A stretch of 64,000 nucleotides of DNA from Octopus vulgaris (taxonomy: Eukaryota). The stretch covers positions 18,662,001 to 18,726,000 of the forward strand of contig OX597821.1 in the NCBI GenBank assembly GCA_951406725.2. The letters run 5' to 3'. The position numbers and the translations under genes are program-made. Under the pieces are notes generated by a model that saw only the letters and a list, made by a program, of their open reading frames with translations, ran no database searches and was not told the origin of the DNA. Below, one piece after another: positions 43,140 through 54,830 of the stretch. The first letter of the stretch is position 1. Each line of letters starts with the position of its first letter.

Positions 43140-43500
43140 ATCTTTTATTTGTTTCAGTCACTGGACTGCAGCCATGCTACGGGTACCACCTTGAAGTTTT
43201 TAGCCAACCCCAGCATTTATTTTTGAAGTCTGGTACTTATTCAATCCTCCTTTCTCTTTGCCGAACCGTAAAGTTTCCAACGTTAAGAAGCCAACAGTGG
43301 TTGTCGAGCGGTGGTGGGGGACAAATAGAGGACACACACACTGTTTTCTTTCAGTTCCTGTCTATCAAATCCACTCACAAGGCTTTAGTTGGCCCGAGGC
43401 TATAGCAGAAAATAATTAACTTAGGTGTCACGGAATGGGACTGAACCCGTGACCATGAAGTCGGAAAGAAAGCTTCTTACTACATAGTCTCGCCCGCCTT
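43140..43500 (-). mobile_element. SINE family A, diverged
   Basis: TTGTTTCAGTCA..GCCATGCT..AAATCCACTCACAAGGCT..GGACTGAACCC. Confidence 0.7.
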
Positions 43501-43525
43501 TCTATACACACACACACACACACAT

Positions 43526-43593
<68 letters not shown>

Positions 43594-43734
43594 TCTTTTA
43601 TTCTTTTACTCGTTTCAGCGATGCAGCTGCGGTCATGATGGAGCACATACATACATACATACATACATGCATACATACATACATACATACATACATACAT
43701 ACATACATACATACATACATGCATGCATACATAC

Positions 43735-43771
<37 letters not shown>

Positions 43772-44720
43772 CACATGTGTGTGTACATATATGTGTATGT
43801 GTATGTAAATGCATATATGTGAATATATATACATGTCAGTGTATTTTTATATGCAGACACACACATACACACACATACATACACACACATACATAGACAA
43901 TAGTATTCACTCATTTACTCACTCACGCACTCACTCATACACATACGCACTCATTTCTATACACACGCATGCACGCGTGTGTATGCAAGTGAAACCATGT
44001 ATGTGTATGGGTATGAAACGGACCGATATGAATACGTGGAGGGCCCACGTCCTATACCTATACTGTAATTGTCACCTTTTTAATTGAAAACAGACACCTG
44101 CCACAAGTGATGCCGATGTTTCAGAGAAGAATACAATAGATTACTTTTAGATAATTAGTTGTGTTGTATATGTGTGACAGTGAGTTATTTCTAGCCATAA
44201 TACAACACTAAACAATTAGCAGAAGCAGCGGTAAACACAATAACACAGGGAAGAATAAAAATTGTGAGAGAAAACATTGTAGCTTTAGAGAAGTGTCTGA
44301 TGTATTAGTTGGTAATTATTTGGAAGAAATTGGTTATTTATTGCTATGACGTCAATAATGGAGATAAAAGAAACGGGTCTTGATTTAGATGTCTTTGTAT
44401 TGTATGTGCTTTAGAGGTATAGACTTTTTGATTTAAATCCTGGTTTGTTATATTTTATATTTTTATCTCCAGCTCTCCATTGTCAGAAACGGTAATTAAA
44501 ATGAGCCAAGGGTTTGCCCAACTGTTTCATCTTATACTATAGTACTCTATTTGTTAGAAGTTCTTCGTGTTTGATAATTAGAGTACGATATTTAAAAAAA
44601 AATGCTTTATACTTTTGAGAGGTAAATCGATGTTGAATGCGAGGAGTAGTCTTAGCTTTTTAGATGCGGTTTCAGATCTAATCACATCTATACATTTGGG
44701 TCAATATTATAAGCTCACGA

Positions 44721-44932
44721 AGACGGCGAGCTGGCAGAATCGTTAGCACGCCGGGTAAAATACCTGGTGGCATTTCGTCTGTCTCGACGTTCTGGGTACA
44801 AATTCCGCCGAGACCAACTTTGCATTTCATCCTTTAGGGGTCGATAAAATGAGTACCAGTTGAGTACTGGGGTCGATGTAATCGACTTACCCCCTCTCTC
44901 TGAACATGCTGGACTTGTGCCAAAAATTTGAA
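44721..44932 (+). mobile_element. SINE family B head and core with an alternative 3' tail
   Basis: GGCGAGCTGGCAGAATCGTTAGCACGCCGGG head and TTTCATCCTTTAGGGGTCGATAAAATGAGTACCAG core, but the tail is CCCCCTCTCTCTGAACATGCTGGACTTGTGCCAAAAATTTGAAA. Confidence 0.8.
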
Positions 44933-45369
44933 AGTTATATTATAAGCTCATGCAAGTCAAACGCACGCACACACACATACGAACACAAATAATAGACAAC
45001 ATATCGAATATAGAATACAGCTATACATATTATACACTCTTTCACGCCCTCATGTATGCATATGGGTACATAAGTGCGTTTTTATTTATGTTATTGTTGT
45101 TTAGCTACCAGACCAACCCTAATTGAGAAGGCCTGTGTGTAGCGCGTGTTCCAGCCTTCACTATTCTCCACTTTATTTTTCAGATAGAGTCTATCAGGAT
45201 TAAATTTTCGAATGTGCTCCTGCCACCTTTTAAAGACAGCAGCAAATGATGCGAAGGAGGCTCGACTACTACTTTTAGCAGGTCAGGTATTCGCATTAAT
45301 GCTATCTAGCTTTCTCAATCCATGCGCCTGTGTGTAAGTGATTATGTAATGTTATATATACATAAACGT

Positions 45370-45740
45370 ATATAACATCCATTAGCATCCCACAGAGACC
45401 TACATGAAACCGTGGTATGGACTAAATGATTAAGTTATCTGCATACCTGTAACAGGACTCGTTCCATACTTAAAAAATAAAAAACCGAATCATAAAAATG
45501 TACTTCAATGATGAAATATACAAGCTTAGGCATTACGCATTTCCATTGAAGTATCCCCAATAAAATAAAAGTAAGTTAGGAATGCAACGCTACAGAACAA
45601 CTAGCGAATGCATAACATCTAACAGCATTACTCAGAGACCGACATGAAACCGCGGTATGGACTTGATGATTAAGTCATCTGCATAAATGTAACAAGACTC
45701 CTTCCATACTTAAAAAAAACAAAAACACATCATGATGAAA
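45370..45740 (+). repeat. Diverged ~240-bp tandem repeat; second unit interrupted by a PLE
   Basis: CAGAGACC.ACATGAAACCG.GGTATGGACT..TTCCATACTTAAAAAA occurs at ~45393 and ~45632. The unit resumes at ~46790 (CTTAGACATTACAAATTTCCATTGAAG). Confidence 0.7.
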
Positions 45741-45742
45741 CA

Positions 45743-46514
45743 TTATTTACATTTGACGGATATTTGTCCTCATCTTGTTTGTTGTTATCACAACATTTCG
45801 GCTGATACTACGCCATGTGCCCGTGGGCAATTATGGAGTGAATTTTAGGGCTTATAAATCTAATATTCTCCTATCCTTCCTTAATACCAGTTCCCATATG
45901 CTACTCATATCTGCACTCGGTCTGCTTAGGAGGTTGTTGGGACCTAGCATACGTGCTGCTTCTTTTAGTTTTCGCATTTTCTAGTGGTGTTCTCTGTCTA
46001 TTATTTCAACTTCATCCCACAAGAGGTAGTGGTCTCCATTTATCCATACATGATCAGCTATACCCGATTTATAAATACCCCCTCTAGTCACAGCTTTGCG
46101 ATGTTCGTCTACCCTTATTTTGAGGGGTTGGGATGTTTCGCCTTTGTATAACCTACCACAGATGCATGGGATGGAGTACACGCAGTTCTTGGTTATATTC
46201 TCTTCTATTGGTGGTTTTACTCGAAGGAGATATTTGCGAAGTGTTGTATTAATTTTGAATACTGTCCTGATATCATATGGGCCGCATATCTTTTATATCT
46301 TTTCGGAGAGGCCTTTCATATAGGGTAGACAAACTGTGGACAGTTTATCGGTTTCATCCTCTCTTCTCTTCATAATTGGAGCGGAGAGTATGCTTTTTGG
46401 AGTAGGATAGGAGAATATTGGATTTATAAGCCCTAAAATTCATTCCATAATTGCCCACGAGTATATGGCGTAGTGGTTAAGAGTACGGGCTACTAACCCC
46501 AAGATTTCGAGTAA

Positions 46515-46595
<81 letters not shown>

Positions 46596-46790
46596 CAACA
46601 ACAACAACAACAATAATAACAACAACAACATCGAAAAATACCTTAGGAATGAGAACCTAGGTTCGAAATTTCCCCAAGACACCTGATAAAGGCTGGAGGA
46701 TATATCAGCCGAAACGTTGTGTTAATAACAAACAAGATGAGGACAAATATCCGTCAAATGTAAATAAAAAATGTACATAATTCCTCATCT
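45743..46790 (-). mobile_element. Penelope-like element: GIY-YIG 3' fragment with inverted terminal repeats
   Basis: Minus frame KNCVYSIPCICGRLYKGETSQPLKIRVDEHRKAV..SGIADHVW..WDEVEIIDRE. 45743-45877 is mirrored by 46403-46472 plus 46703-46767. Confidence 0.88.
46678..46723 (+). ncRNA. Minimal hammerhead motif with a core substitution
   Basis: GACAC-CTGATAA-A-GGCTG(gaggatatat)CAGCC-GAAACGTT-GTGTT. The core reads CTGATAA rather than CTGATGA. Confidence 0.6.
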
Positions 46791-47347
46791 CTTAGACATT
46801 ACAAATTTCCATTGAAGCAAAGGGAGGTTTTATAAACGAACATACTCCCGTAATATAAAATGTCGATCAATGGAACCTGAAACTGCAGGATGTACATTCC
46901 TAAAAGGTTTCAACTATACCACTCAACCGTAGATTAGAAGTATTGTTAAGTTGTCAACATTGGTGACAATACATTTTGAGCCAGTTCTACACGCTCCGAA
47001 ATGCACGGCTTAGAGATTCAAGCCCGAGGCAGTTAGATTAATGTCGCAAAGTTGCTGTCCTTTGATAAGGATCACACGCATCGACTGAATAGTTTCTTTT
47101 AAACATAGAAGAGAATCTTCTACATGTTTGACAACAATCACTCGCTCTGATGATTGAGATTCAATGCAATTGGTGCGTTGCAGATATATTGCTTCATTTA
47201 TTTACGAAGTATTCTCTGACCGAATGAACGTCCATTACACACGTTAAACTCTGAGCGTTAATGGAGCGAATCTTCAGCTGATTCTCAAATAAATCAGGTA
47301 CTAAATATTATTTTCTATAGTTTGAAACCACAAACGTGCGTGGATGT

Positions 47348-47391
<44 letters not shown>

Positions 47392-47425
47392 GCACACGCA
47401 CCACATGCGCGCGTGTACACATACC

Positions 47426-47653
47426 TATTTCTTTATAACCCACAATGGGCTAAACATAGAGGGGACAAACAAGGACAGACATAGGTATTAAGTCGATTAC
47501 ATCGACACCAGTGCGTAACTGGTACTTAATTTATCGACCCCCGAAAGGATGAAAGGCAAAGTCGACCTCGGCGGAATTTGAACTCACAACGTAACTACAG
47601 ACGAAATACGGCTACGCATTTCGCCCGGCGTGCTAACGTTTCTGCCAGCTCGC
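47426..47653 (-). mobile_element. SINE family B, full length
   Basis: Close match to the 32281 copy, inside (CA)n. Confidence 0.85.
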
Positions 47654-47657
47654 GTGT

Positions 47658-47715
<58 letters not shown>

Positions 47716-47980
47716 TCACGACGCACACACACATACAAAGTTGCAGGGGCGCAATGAAAACGCGAACGCTAGTCCAGAAAACGCCAATCAAGAACCAACT
47801 CTTCGCCTTCAGTCCCAGCAGACCACCAGTACCCGATCCACAGCAAAATTTTCCGAAAACGCATTGGCCTGACCGGCCATAGCCAGACACATTGTGACTC
47901 GTCTTCTCCTATGTGATGTCCTTGGTCAACGTCGACAATATTGGACGAACTAATAGTAATAATATATACACATATACATG

Positions 47981-49210
47981 TAGGGGTTGGACAAAATAAT
48001 GGAAACACCTTAAAATTTCTAACAAATTTATTTTAATATGGGGTAGGACCGCCTTTGGCAGTAATTACAGCTTGAATTCTACGAGGTATGGACTCGTACA
48101 AAGTTTAAATTGTTTCCAAAGGAATTTTTGTGCATTCTTCAGCTAAAACAGTCTCCAGATCTTGTAGTGATGATGGTTATGGATATCGACTCCTTACTTG
48201 TTTTTCTAAAATGCATCATAAATGTTAAATAATATTGAGATCTGGGGACTGTGGTGGCCAGATAAGATGTTCAACTTCACTAGAATGTTCTTCGTGCCAT
48301 TCAGTAACAACTTTAGTAGTGTGAATTGGTGCATTACCATCCTGAAAGATTGCGTTTCCCCCCAGAAACAGTTCCGTAACCATAGGATGAATTAGATCAG
48401 ATAAACTGCTTAAATAGTCTTGACTATTAATTCTGCCATGAAGGGAAACTATTGGACCGGCGGATTTCCAAGATATAGCCCACCCTCCAGATAATCACAG
48501 ATCCTCCTCCATGTTTAACAGTTAGAACAAGGCAGACTGGGTCAAATGCTTCTTTCGTCTGTCTCCACACGTATACTCGGCTGGTGGTCAGAAATAAGGT
48601 AACATTCCTTCACTGCTCTAAGGACGAATTCTGTAGGTTTTTACTCCACTCTAAACGCTTCGCAACGTTTGTTTTTGAAAATAGTGGTTTTCTGATTGCA
48701 GCACTCCCATGAAACCCGGCTTTGTGCAGCTCCCGGCGAACAGTTTTTGTGGAAACTGTGTTCTCAAGGTGGTCATTAAGCTCTGCAATAATTTTGGGAG
48801 CTGTACTTTTGTGATAATTTCTAACAATTCACGTGAGTCCGACGGTCCCTATCTGAAAGTTTTGCTTTTCTTCCGGAGTTTTGTTTCTCAAAGCTGTGAT
48901 TACTTTCGAGACAGTACTTCTTGATACACCAAACATTTCGGCTGTTTTCGTTACACTAGCGCCTGCCATACGAGCACCAACAATTTGACCTCTTCGAAAG
49001 CCCAATAGATCTGTCATTTTAATGAATTTTACTTACCTTTCTCTGATGATATCTGAACAGAAACAGCAATTTTAGCAAAACATATTAAGCAATACTAATA
49101 ATAAGTAAAAAAAACATAAAAAGAAACAAGCTTTTGACGGTTTTATTGATATTTCATAATTATGATGCTATGACGCTAGGGTGTTTCCGTTATTTTGTCC
49201 AACCCCCGTA
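47981..49210 (-). mobile_element. Tc1-like transposon with both TIRs, transposase decayed
   Basis: TIRs GGGGTTGGACAAAATAATGGAAACACC and GGTGTTTCCGTTATTTTGTCCAACCCC. Peptides RGQIVGARMAGASVTKTAEMFGVSRSTVSKV, IFQDGNAPIHT and WPPQSPDLNII. Confidence 0.9.
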
Positions 49211-49244
49211 CATCTCTTTTACACTCTCCCTTTATACAGTATAT

Positions 49245-49614
49245 ATCTCTTTTACTTCTTTTAATTGTTTCAGTCATTAGACTGTGGCCACGCTGGGATC
49301 CCACCTTGAAGAATTTGTAGTCGAATGAATCGAACTCTGAATCTTTTTTTTTTGATAAGTCTAGTACTTATTATAGCGACCTCTTTTGCCGCATCGCTAA
49401 GTCATGGAGATGTAAATACACCAGCACTGGCTGTCAAGCGGTGGTATGGGACACACACACCACACACACACACACACGCAAACACTCATATAAATAAATA
49501 TATATATATGTACATGTATATATATATATATAAATTATATATATATATATATATAATACTATATTTGTTCCACGTCCTCGCGTTGTTGTGTTTTTTGTGT
49601 TTTCTTGTTTGGAT

Positions 49615-49688
<74 letters not shown>

Positions 49689-49870
49689 AATATATATATA
49701 TATATATATATATATACGACCGGCTTCTTCCAGTTTCCGTCTACCAAATCCAACCACAAGGCTTTGGTCAGCCCAAGTCTATAGTAGAATACACTTGCCG
49801 AAGGTGCCACGCAGTGGGACTGAACCCGGAACTATGTGGTTAGGAAACAAGCTTCTTACCACACCCGCAC
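49245..49870 (-). mobile_element. SINE family A with expanded internal microsatellite and a small insert
   Basis: Tail at 49245-49300 and head GGTGCCACGCAGTGGGACTGAACCCGGAA at 49803-49860. Confidence 0.75.
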
Positions 49871-50443
49871 CTATATATTTATATATAAAGTATGTATCAA
49901 TAATGTCTGTCTTCCAGTATCAGCTTCTGCATGATATCCTCTCGTTTACATATGTTTATGGAGTGTAGATAAATAGGAGGCTGTGATGTTCAACATTTCT
50001 CAGACTAATAGCAGAAAAGGAATTAAACAGCTTTAAATACAAGACCAAACTGTAGACTTTTCTATTAGCCATTTTTACTTATTATGCTAATCGTATTGAA
50101 TATGTAAACGACCTAGCAGTATATAGTGAGACAAGTCTGATAAAAGGAAGAGAGTGAAGTGTTGGGTAAGGGAAATTTTCTGTGAAGAATTTCGAAGAGG
50201 AAGGAAATTATAGAACCATATTTTGTCACGAATTCAATCAAAATAGTTTACCCTTTGTTTTTCAGTCATTTTGAACTTTTACCATTCGCGTCTCTTTGTG
50301 ATTCTGTATGTAATTTCTATTATTGAAAACTTTCTGTATAATTTGTGCTGTTCAATAATACTTGTATGTAACTTCCGTTATTTAACCATTCGCCATTTCA
50401 ATAGGTGCAAATATCTATTTTAATCTAACTTATCCTTTACACA

Positions 50444-50503
<60 letters not shown>

Positions 50504-50770
50504 GCACACACACACATACACATGCACGCACGCACAGACACACACACACAAGCAAACAAACACACACACAAACACAACTTTTATCTTTTACTTGTTACAG
50601 TCATTAGACTGCGGCCATGTCTCCTAATATCCGATGAAATGGACGAATCCTACGATCCTACCAAACTGTAAGTCTTGTGGAACTAAATCAAACTGATGAT
50701 GCACAAACATTATATACATATATGTATGTGTGTGTGTGTGTATGTGTATATATATACAAATATATATATA

Positions 50771-51090
50771 TATAATGGTTGTATACTGTCAATCTAACAA
50801 GAACGTGACAGTAGGGGGTACACCACCGTTATATAGCCCTAGGAGGCATCGAACGCCTCCTGACAGCTTCGACACATTTTATCCTGTGTCCTTATATACA
50901 CATACGAAGGGGAGACAAACACCCCCAACTGCCGATGAAGGACAATGATCCTGAAACACGGTGTCCCTAGATGCAGTTCCGGTGTACCCCCTACTGTCAC
51001 GTTCTTGTTAGATTGACAGTATACAACCATTATATCGCTCCACCACCGTACACCTCTCTACGAGAGATTTAGAAACTCAATATTTCTTAT
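50771..51090 (+). mobile_element. Short PLE-type insertion: 54-bp inverted repeat, hammerhead-like motif and tail
   Basis: 50771-50824 is the perfect reverse complement of 50981-51034, followed by a ~55-bp tail and (TA)n. A hammerhead-like motif lies at 50927-50978. Confidence 0.7.
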
Positions 51091-51101
51091 ATATATATAT
51101 A

Positions 51102-51771
51102 TAATTAATCAATATAGGGTAGCAAAAAATTCAGCAGAAATTATTTGCCACCAGCGGTCTAGTGGGAAAAAGGAAATAGTCAAAAACTATTAATAAATAC
51201 AACAGCAAAATTAAGGAACGGCCATAATAGGCCGTTCAACCCACTAGAAATAGCAGCTAAGGCTTCAACAGCAAAAAAGTATTAATTCCGTAAACAAGGA
51301 GAAAATTAAAAAAACATTTACCTGTTATACTTTATACAATGCATCGTTTCATCTATTTTTTAATGGTAAATCAGCCTGATTAAATTAAATCAAACTAATC
51401 CTCCATAGGCCAACAGATTCAGCAGTAAAGTAAGCCAGACGGGAGAGATATTTCCACGAGGCAGCACCACTACTGTCTCGGCAATATCTGACCTAAAATT
51501 TTCAAATCATCGTACTCGCGCCAAATTTATCGGCAGCAAATATAAGCTGCCGATTCCATTTCGGAATTAAACAGAAAATTTATAATTAATCAATATAGGG
51601 TAGCAAAAAATTCAGCAGAAATTATTTGCCACCAGCGGTCTAGTGGGAAAAAGGAAATGTTTTTTAAATTTTCTCCTTGTTTACGGAATTAATACTTTTT
51701 TGCGGTTGAAGCCTTAGCTGCTATTTCTAGTGGGTTGAACGGCCTATTATGGCCGTTCCTTAATTTTGCTG

Positions 51772-51773
<2 letters not shown>
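51102..51773 (-). mobile_element. Second, diverged locus of the hammerhead tandem unit (481-bp period) with terminal inversion
   Basis: TAATTAATCAATATAGGG recurs at 51102 and 51583. Colinear with the 32983 unit. 51658-51773 is inverted. Flanked by (TA)n. Confidence 0.85.
51328..51432 (-). ncRNA. Type I hammerhead ribozyme homologue (core variant CTGCTGA)
   Basis: Minus strand: TACTTTA-CTGCTGA-ATCT[..]AGAT-GAAAC-GATGCATT-GTA-TAAAGTA. Confidence 0.75.
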
Positions 51774-51830
<57 letters not shown>

Positions 51831-51926
51831 AGTAGTTGAATGAATTATCTTATTAATGATAATTCGAAAGATAACCGATACCTGGGTAGCAAATTCACAT
51901 CAGAAAGAACACAGTTGAAACTACGT

Positions 51927-53760
51927 CCCTAGGGCAAAATCGCGGCAAATGCCAGTAGCAATCCAAAAACCTTCTTTGCCCATGTCCAGCGGAATTCCCG
52001 CTTGAACAACCAGATTGCAACGTTGGTGGACTCAACAGGCGTATCGATTGAGGACCCTTATCAACAGAGCCAATTATTTGCCGAGGCTTTTTCAACTATT
52101 TTCAAACAAGATGATGGTCGTGAACCCCTCAATTTGATAGATCGGTACCTCCAATGCTTCGATTGGTCATCACGCGGGACGAAGTCAAACGTGTTATTCA
52201 AGGCCTCAATGTCAACAAGGGTCACGGCCCTGTCGGCCTACACCCACGGGTTATCAAAGCGTTGGCTCCGGTCATCTGCGAGCCCTTAACACGTCTATTC
52301 AATATGTCATTGGCGACGGGTGTTATACCTGCAGACTGGAGAACAGCGATAATCTGCCCAATTTTCAAGAAAGGGAGCCGGGAAGACCCGCTTAACTACC
52401 GACCGGTTTCCCTTACATCAATAATCAGCAAGATGTTCGAAACCATCCTTAAGAAAAGTATGATGCTCCACCTCCTAAACACAGCCTCTATCTCTGATTC
52501 CCAACACGGCTTCGTGCCGAAGAGATCATGCTTGACCAACTTACTAGTAATGGAAGAATTGGTGACGCGCATCCTCGATGATAGTGATGCTGTTGACATC
52601 GTTTTATTGGACTTTGCCAAAGCTTTTGACTCGGTAAACCACCGCCTATTACTTGCCAAGCTTCAAGCATATAGTTTCCATCCGGATATTGTACGATGGG
52701 TTGGTGCCTTCCTCTCAGATCGCTCCTTCCAAGTCCAAGTTAATGGTTCGCGGTCCGACGTCTCCAGTGCGAGCAGTGGCGTGCCTCAAGGTTCAGTGCT
52801 TGGGCCCTTGTTGTTCTTAGTCTTCATAAATGACTTGCCAGACGACCTCACGCAACACACCCTTCTATTTGCCGACGATATCAAACTGGTCGCTCCTCGC
52901 GGTGATATAGAGGATCTTCGTCGATGCCTCCACCAAATTTGGAAGTGGTCTAACGATTGGGACCTGTGTCTGAACGTGTCAAAGTGCTGTCATCTGCCTG
53001 TTGGCTCTCCTCCTGCAACTCAACTTGATTTCGAGCCGGGTCGTCTGCTGCTGGAGAGGACCGATCAGGTAAAGGACCTGGGTATCTTGGTGGATTCCTC
53101 ATTTTCGCCTTCGGCCCAGTGTGTCCATGCTGCAAACAAAGCACGCGGAATTCTGTTCTTGATTCGACGGTCATTCGGAATGCTCACAGCAGCCATATTC
53201 CTACAACTCTATGTCACGCTGGTGAGACCCATATTGGAGTATGGGATTCAAGCCTCTTCTCCTTATCTCCTCAAAGACATACAGCATCTCGAAAGAGTCC
53301 AGAAGCTGGCTACCCGCATGGTTCATGGTCTCAAAAATTTGTCCTACGAAGAAAGGCTGAGGACGCTCGACCTTTATTCTCTTGAAAAACGCCGCCGCCG
53401 TGGTGATTTCATTCTCGTCCACAACATCATAAGCGGAAAGTGTAACCTCTCGAAAGAGCTGTTCTTCACTCCTGCTCCAGAGCGTCGGCTGCGGGGTCAT
53501 TCCGAAAAGCTCTACCTGCGACGATTTCATCTCAATCGAAGGAGAGGAGCTTTCTCCGTCCGGGTTGCGGATCCGTGGAACAAGCTGCCAGACGAGATGG
53601 TGAAGATGCCGACGACCGCTTTGTTCAAAGCCTCCCTGGACCTCAAGTGGCCTGAACTCTTTACATGAACACCACCCTGTACTTAACTCCATGTCCCCCT
53701 ACATGGCCTTGCTATTTGCTTTTGAGCCAAATTAACTAACTAACTAACTAACTAACTAAC
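51927..53760 (+). mobile_element. 5'-truncated CR1-type LINE with (TAAC)n tail
   Basis: Linker NPKTFFAHV, RT ORF, short 3' UTR and (TAAC)7 tail. AACTACGT is repeated at 51919-51926 and 53758-53765. Confidence 0.9.
52154..53668 (+). CDS. CR1-type reverse transcriptase (open, N-terminally truncated)
   Basis: NYRPVSLTS, QHGF..RSCLTNL, LDFAKAFDSV, SGVPQGSVLGPLLFLVFINDL, FADD, KDLG, LERVQK, YEERL..L.LYSLEKRR.RGD. Confidence 0.9.
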   Translation: MLRLVITRDEVKRVIQGLNVNKGHGPVGLHPRVIKALAPVICEPLTRLFNMSLATGVIPADWRTAIICPIFKKGSREDPLNYRPVSLTSIISKMFETILKKSMMLHLLNTASISDSQHGFVPKRSCLTNLLVMEELVTRILDDSDAVDIVLLDFAKAFDSVNHRLLLAKLQAYSFHPDIVRWVGAFLSDRSFQVQVNGSRSDVSSASSGVPQGSVLGPLLFLVFINDLPDDLTQHTLLFADDIKLVAPRGDIEDLRRCLHQIWKWSNDWDLCLNVSKCCHLPVGSPPATQLDFEPGRLLLERTDQVKDLGILVDSSFSPSAQCVHAANKARGILFLIRRSFGMLTAAIFLQLYVTLVRPILEYGIQASSPYLLKDIQHLERVQKLATRMVHGLKNLSYEERLRTLDLYSLEKRRRRGDFILVHNIISGKCNLSKELFFTPAPERRLRGHSEKLYLRRFHLNRRRGAFSVRVADPWNKLPDEMVKMPTTALFKASLDLKWPELFT

Positions 53761-53801
53761 TACGTGTCTTCGTGCGGAAATTTGTATGTTTATTCTAAAA
53801 T

Positions 53802-53890
53802 TATAAGTATATGAAAGAATGGAGTTGAACGACTAGTTAACAAATAAAGGATATTTGTTAACTAGTCGTTCAACTCCATTCTTTCATATA

Positions 53891-53895
<5 letters not shown>
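53802..53895. repeat. Perfect ~44-bp inverted repeat (hairpin) ending in (TA)n
   Basis: TATAAGTATATGAAAGAATGGAGTTGAACGACTAGTTAACAAATA-AAGGA-TATTTGTTAACTAGTCGTTCAACTCCATTCTTTCATATACTTATA. Confidence 0.9.
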
Positions 53896-53942
<47 letters not shown>

Positions 53943-54139
53943 TTATAAAATATTATAAAATATTATTAGAGACGATATATATATATATATTGTATATAAA
54001 TACATATGTTTATTGTATATTTAGATAAGCCTGACAAATGCAACTGAACCGAAACTTGGAAGTCACTTATAACTTTTATACGCACACATGACTGTGGTAT
54101 CGAGAAAACAAAAGGCGTAAAAGAGCAATGCTATGTTCT

Positions 54140-54830
54140 ATACCACCACCACCTACACCACCTGAACACAATCACCGCAACTACTAATCTCGCCACCACA
54201 CACGCATCCTTTCATACATCTACAGCAAAACGAAACCCATCACCATCACCTCTACAACCACCCGCACCTCCTCCACCATCACTACCACCGCCGCCACCAC
54301 CACCATCACCAGCACAACACCCATTGCCACCACCACTTACACCAGCATCGCCAAACCTACCAGCAGCAGCAGCAGCACCACCACCACCACCACTACCACG
54401 TTCTCCTCGACGAAGACCATTACACCACCCTCCCCATTGTCACCATCCCCTCGAACTCCATCACCTGCACCAGCACTACCACCGTCACCACTATCTCCTA
54501 CACCATCAGTTTTACTGCCACCATTTACTGTCATTACCATCACCACCACCACCACCGCCACCACCACCACCACCACCACCACCGCACCCATAGCCACCAC
54601 CACAACCTACACCAGCATTACAGCCACCAGCATCACCAAACATACCAGCACCACCAGTACCAGCAGCAGCACCACCACTACTACTACCACCACCACCACC
54701 ACCACCACCACCACCACGAATACCATCACTACAAACACCATGTCCACTTCCATCATCCACCACCAGCACCATCTGCACAACCACCATCAGCACCACCACC
54801 GCCCTACCTCACCCCTTACAACAACGCCAT
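54140..54830. repeat. Degenerate (CAC/CAG)n low-complexity tract
   Basis: Imperfect trinucleotide repeats producing spurious Pro/Thr/His ORFs. Confidence 0.85.
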
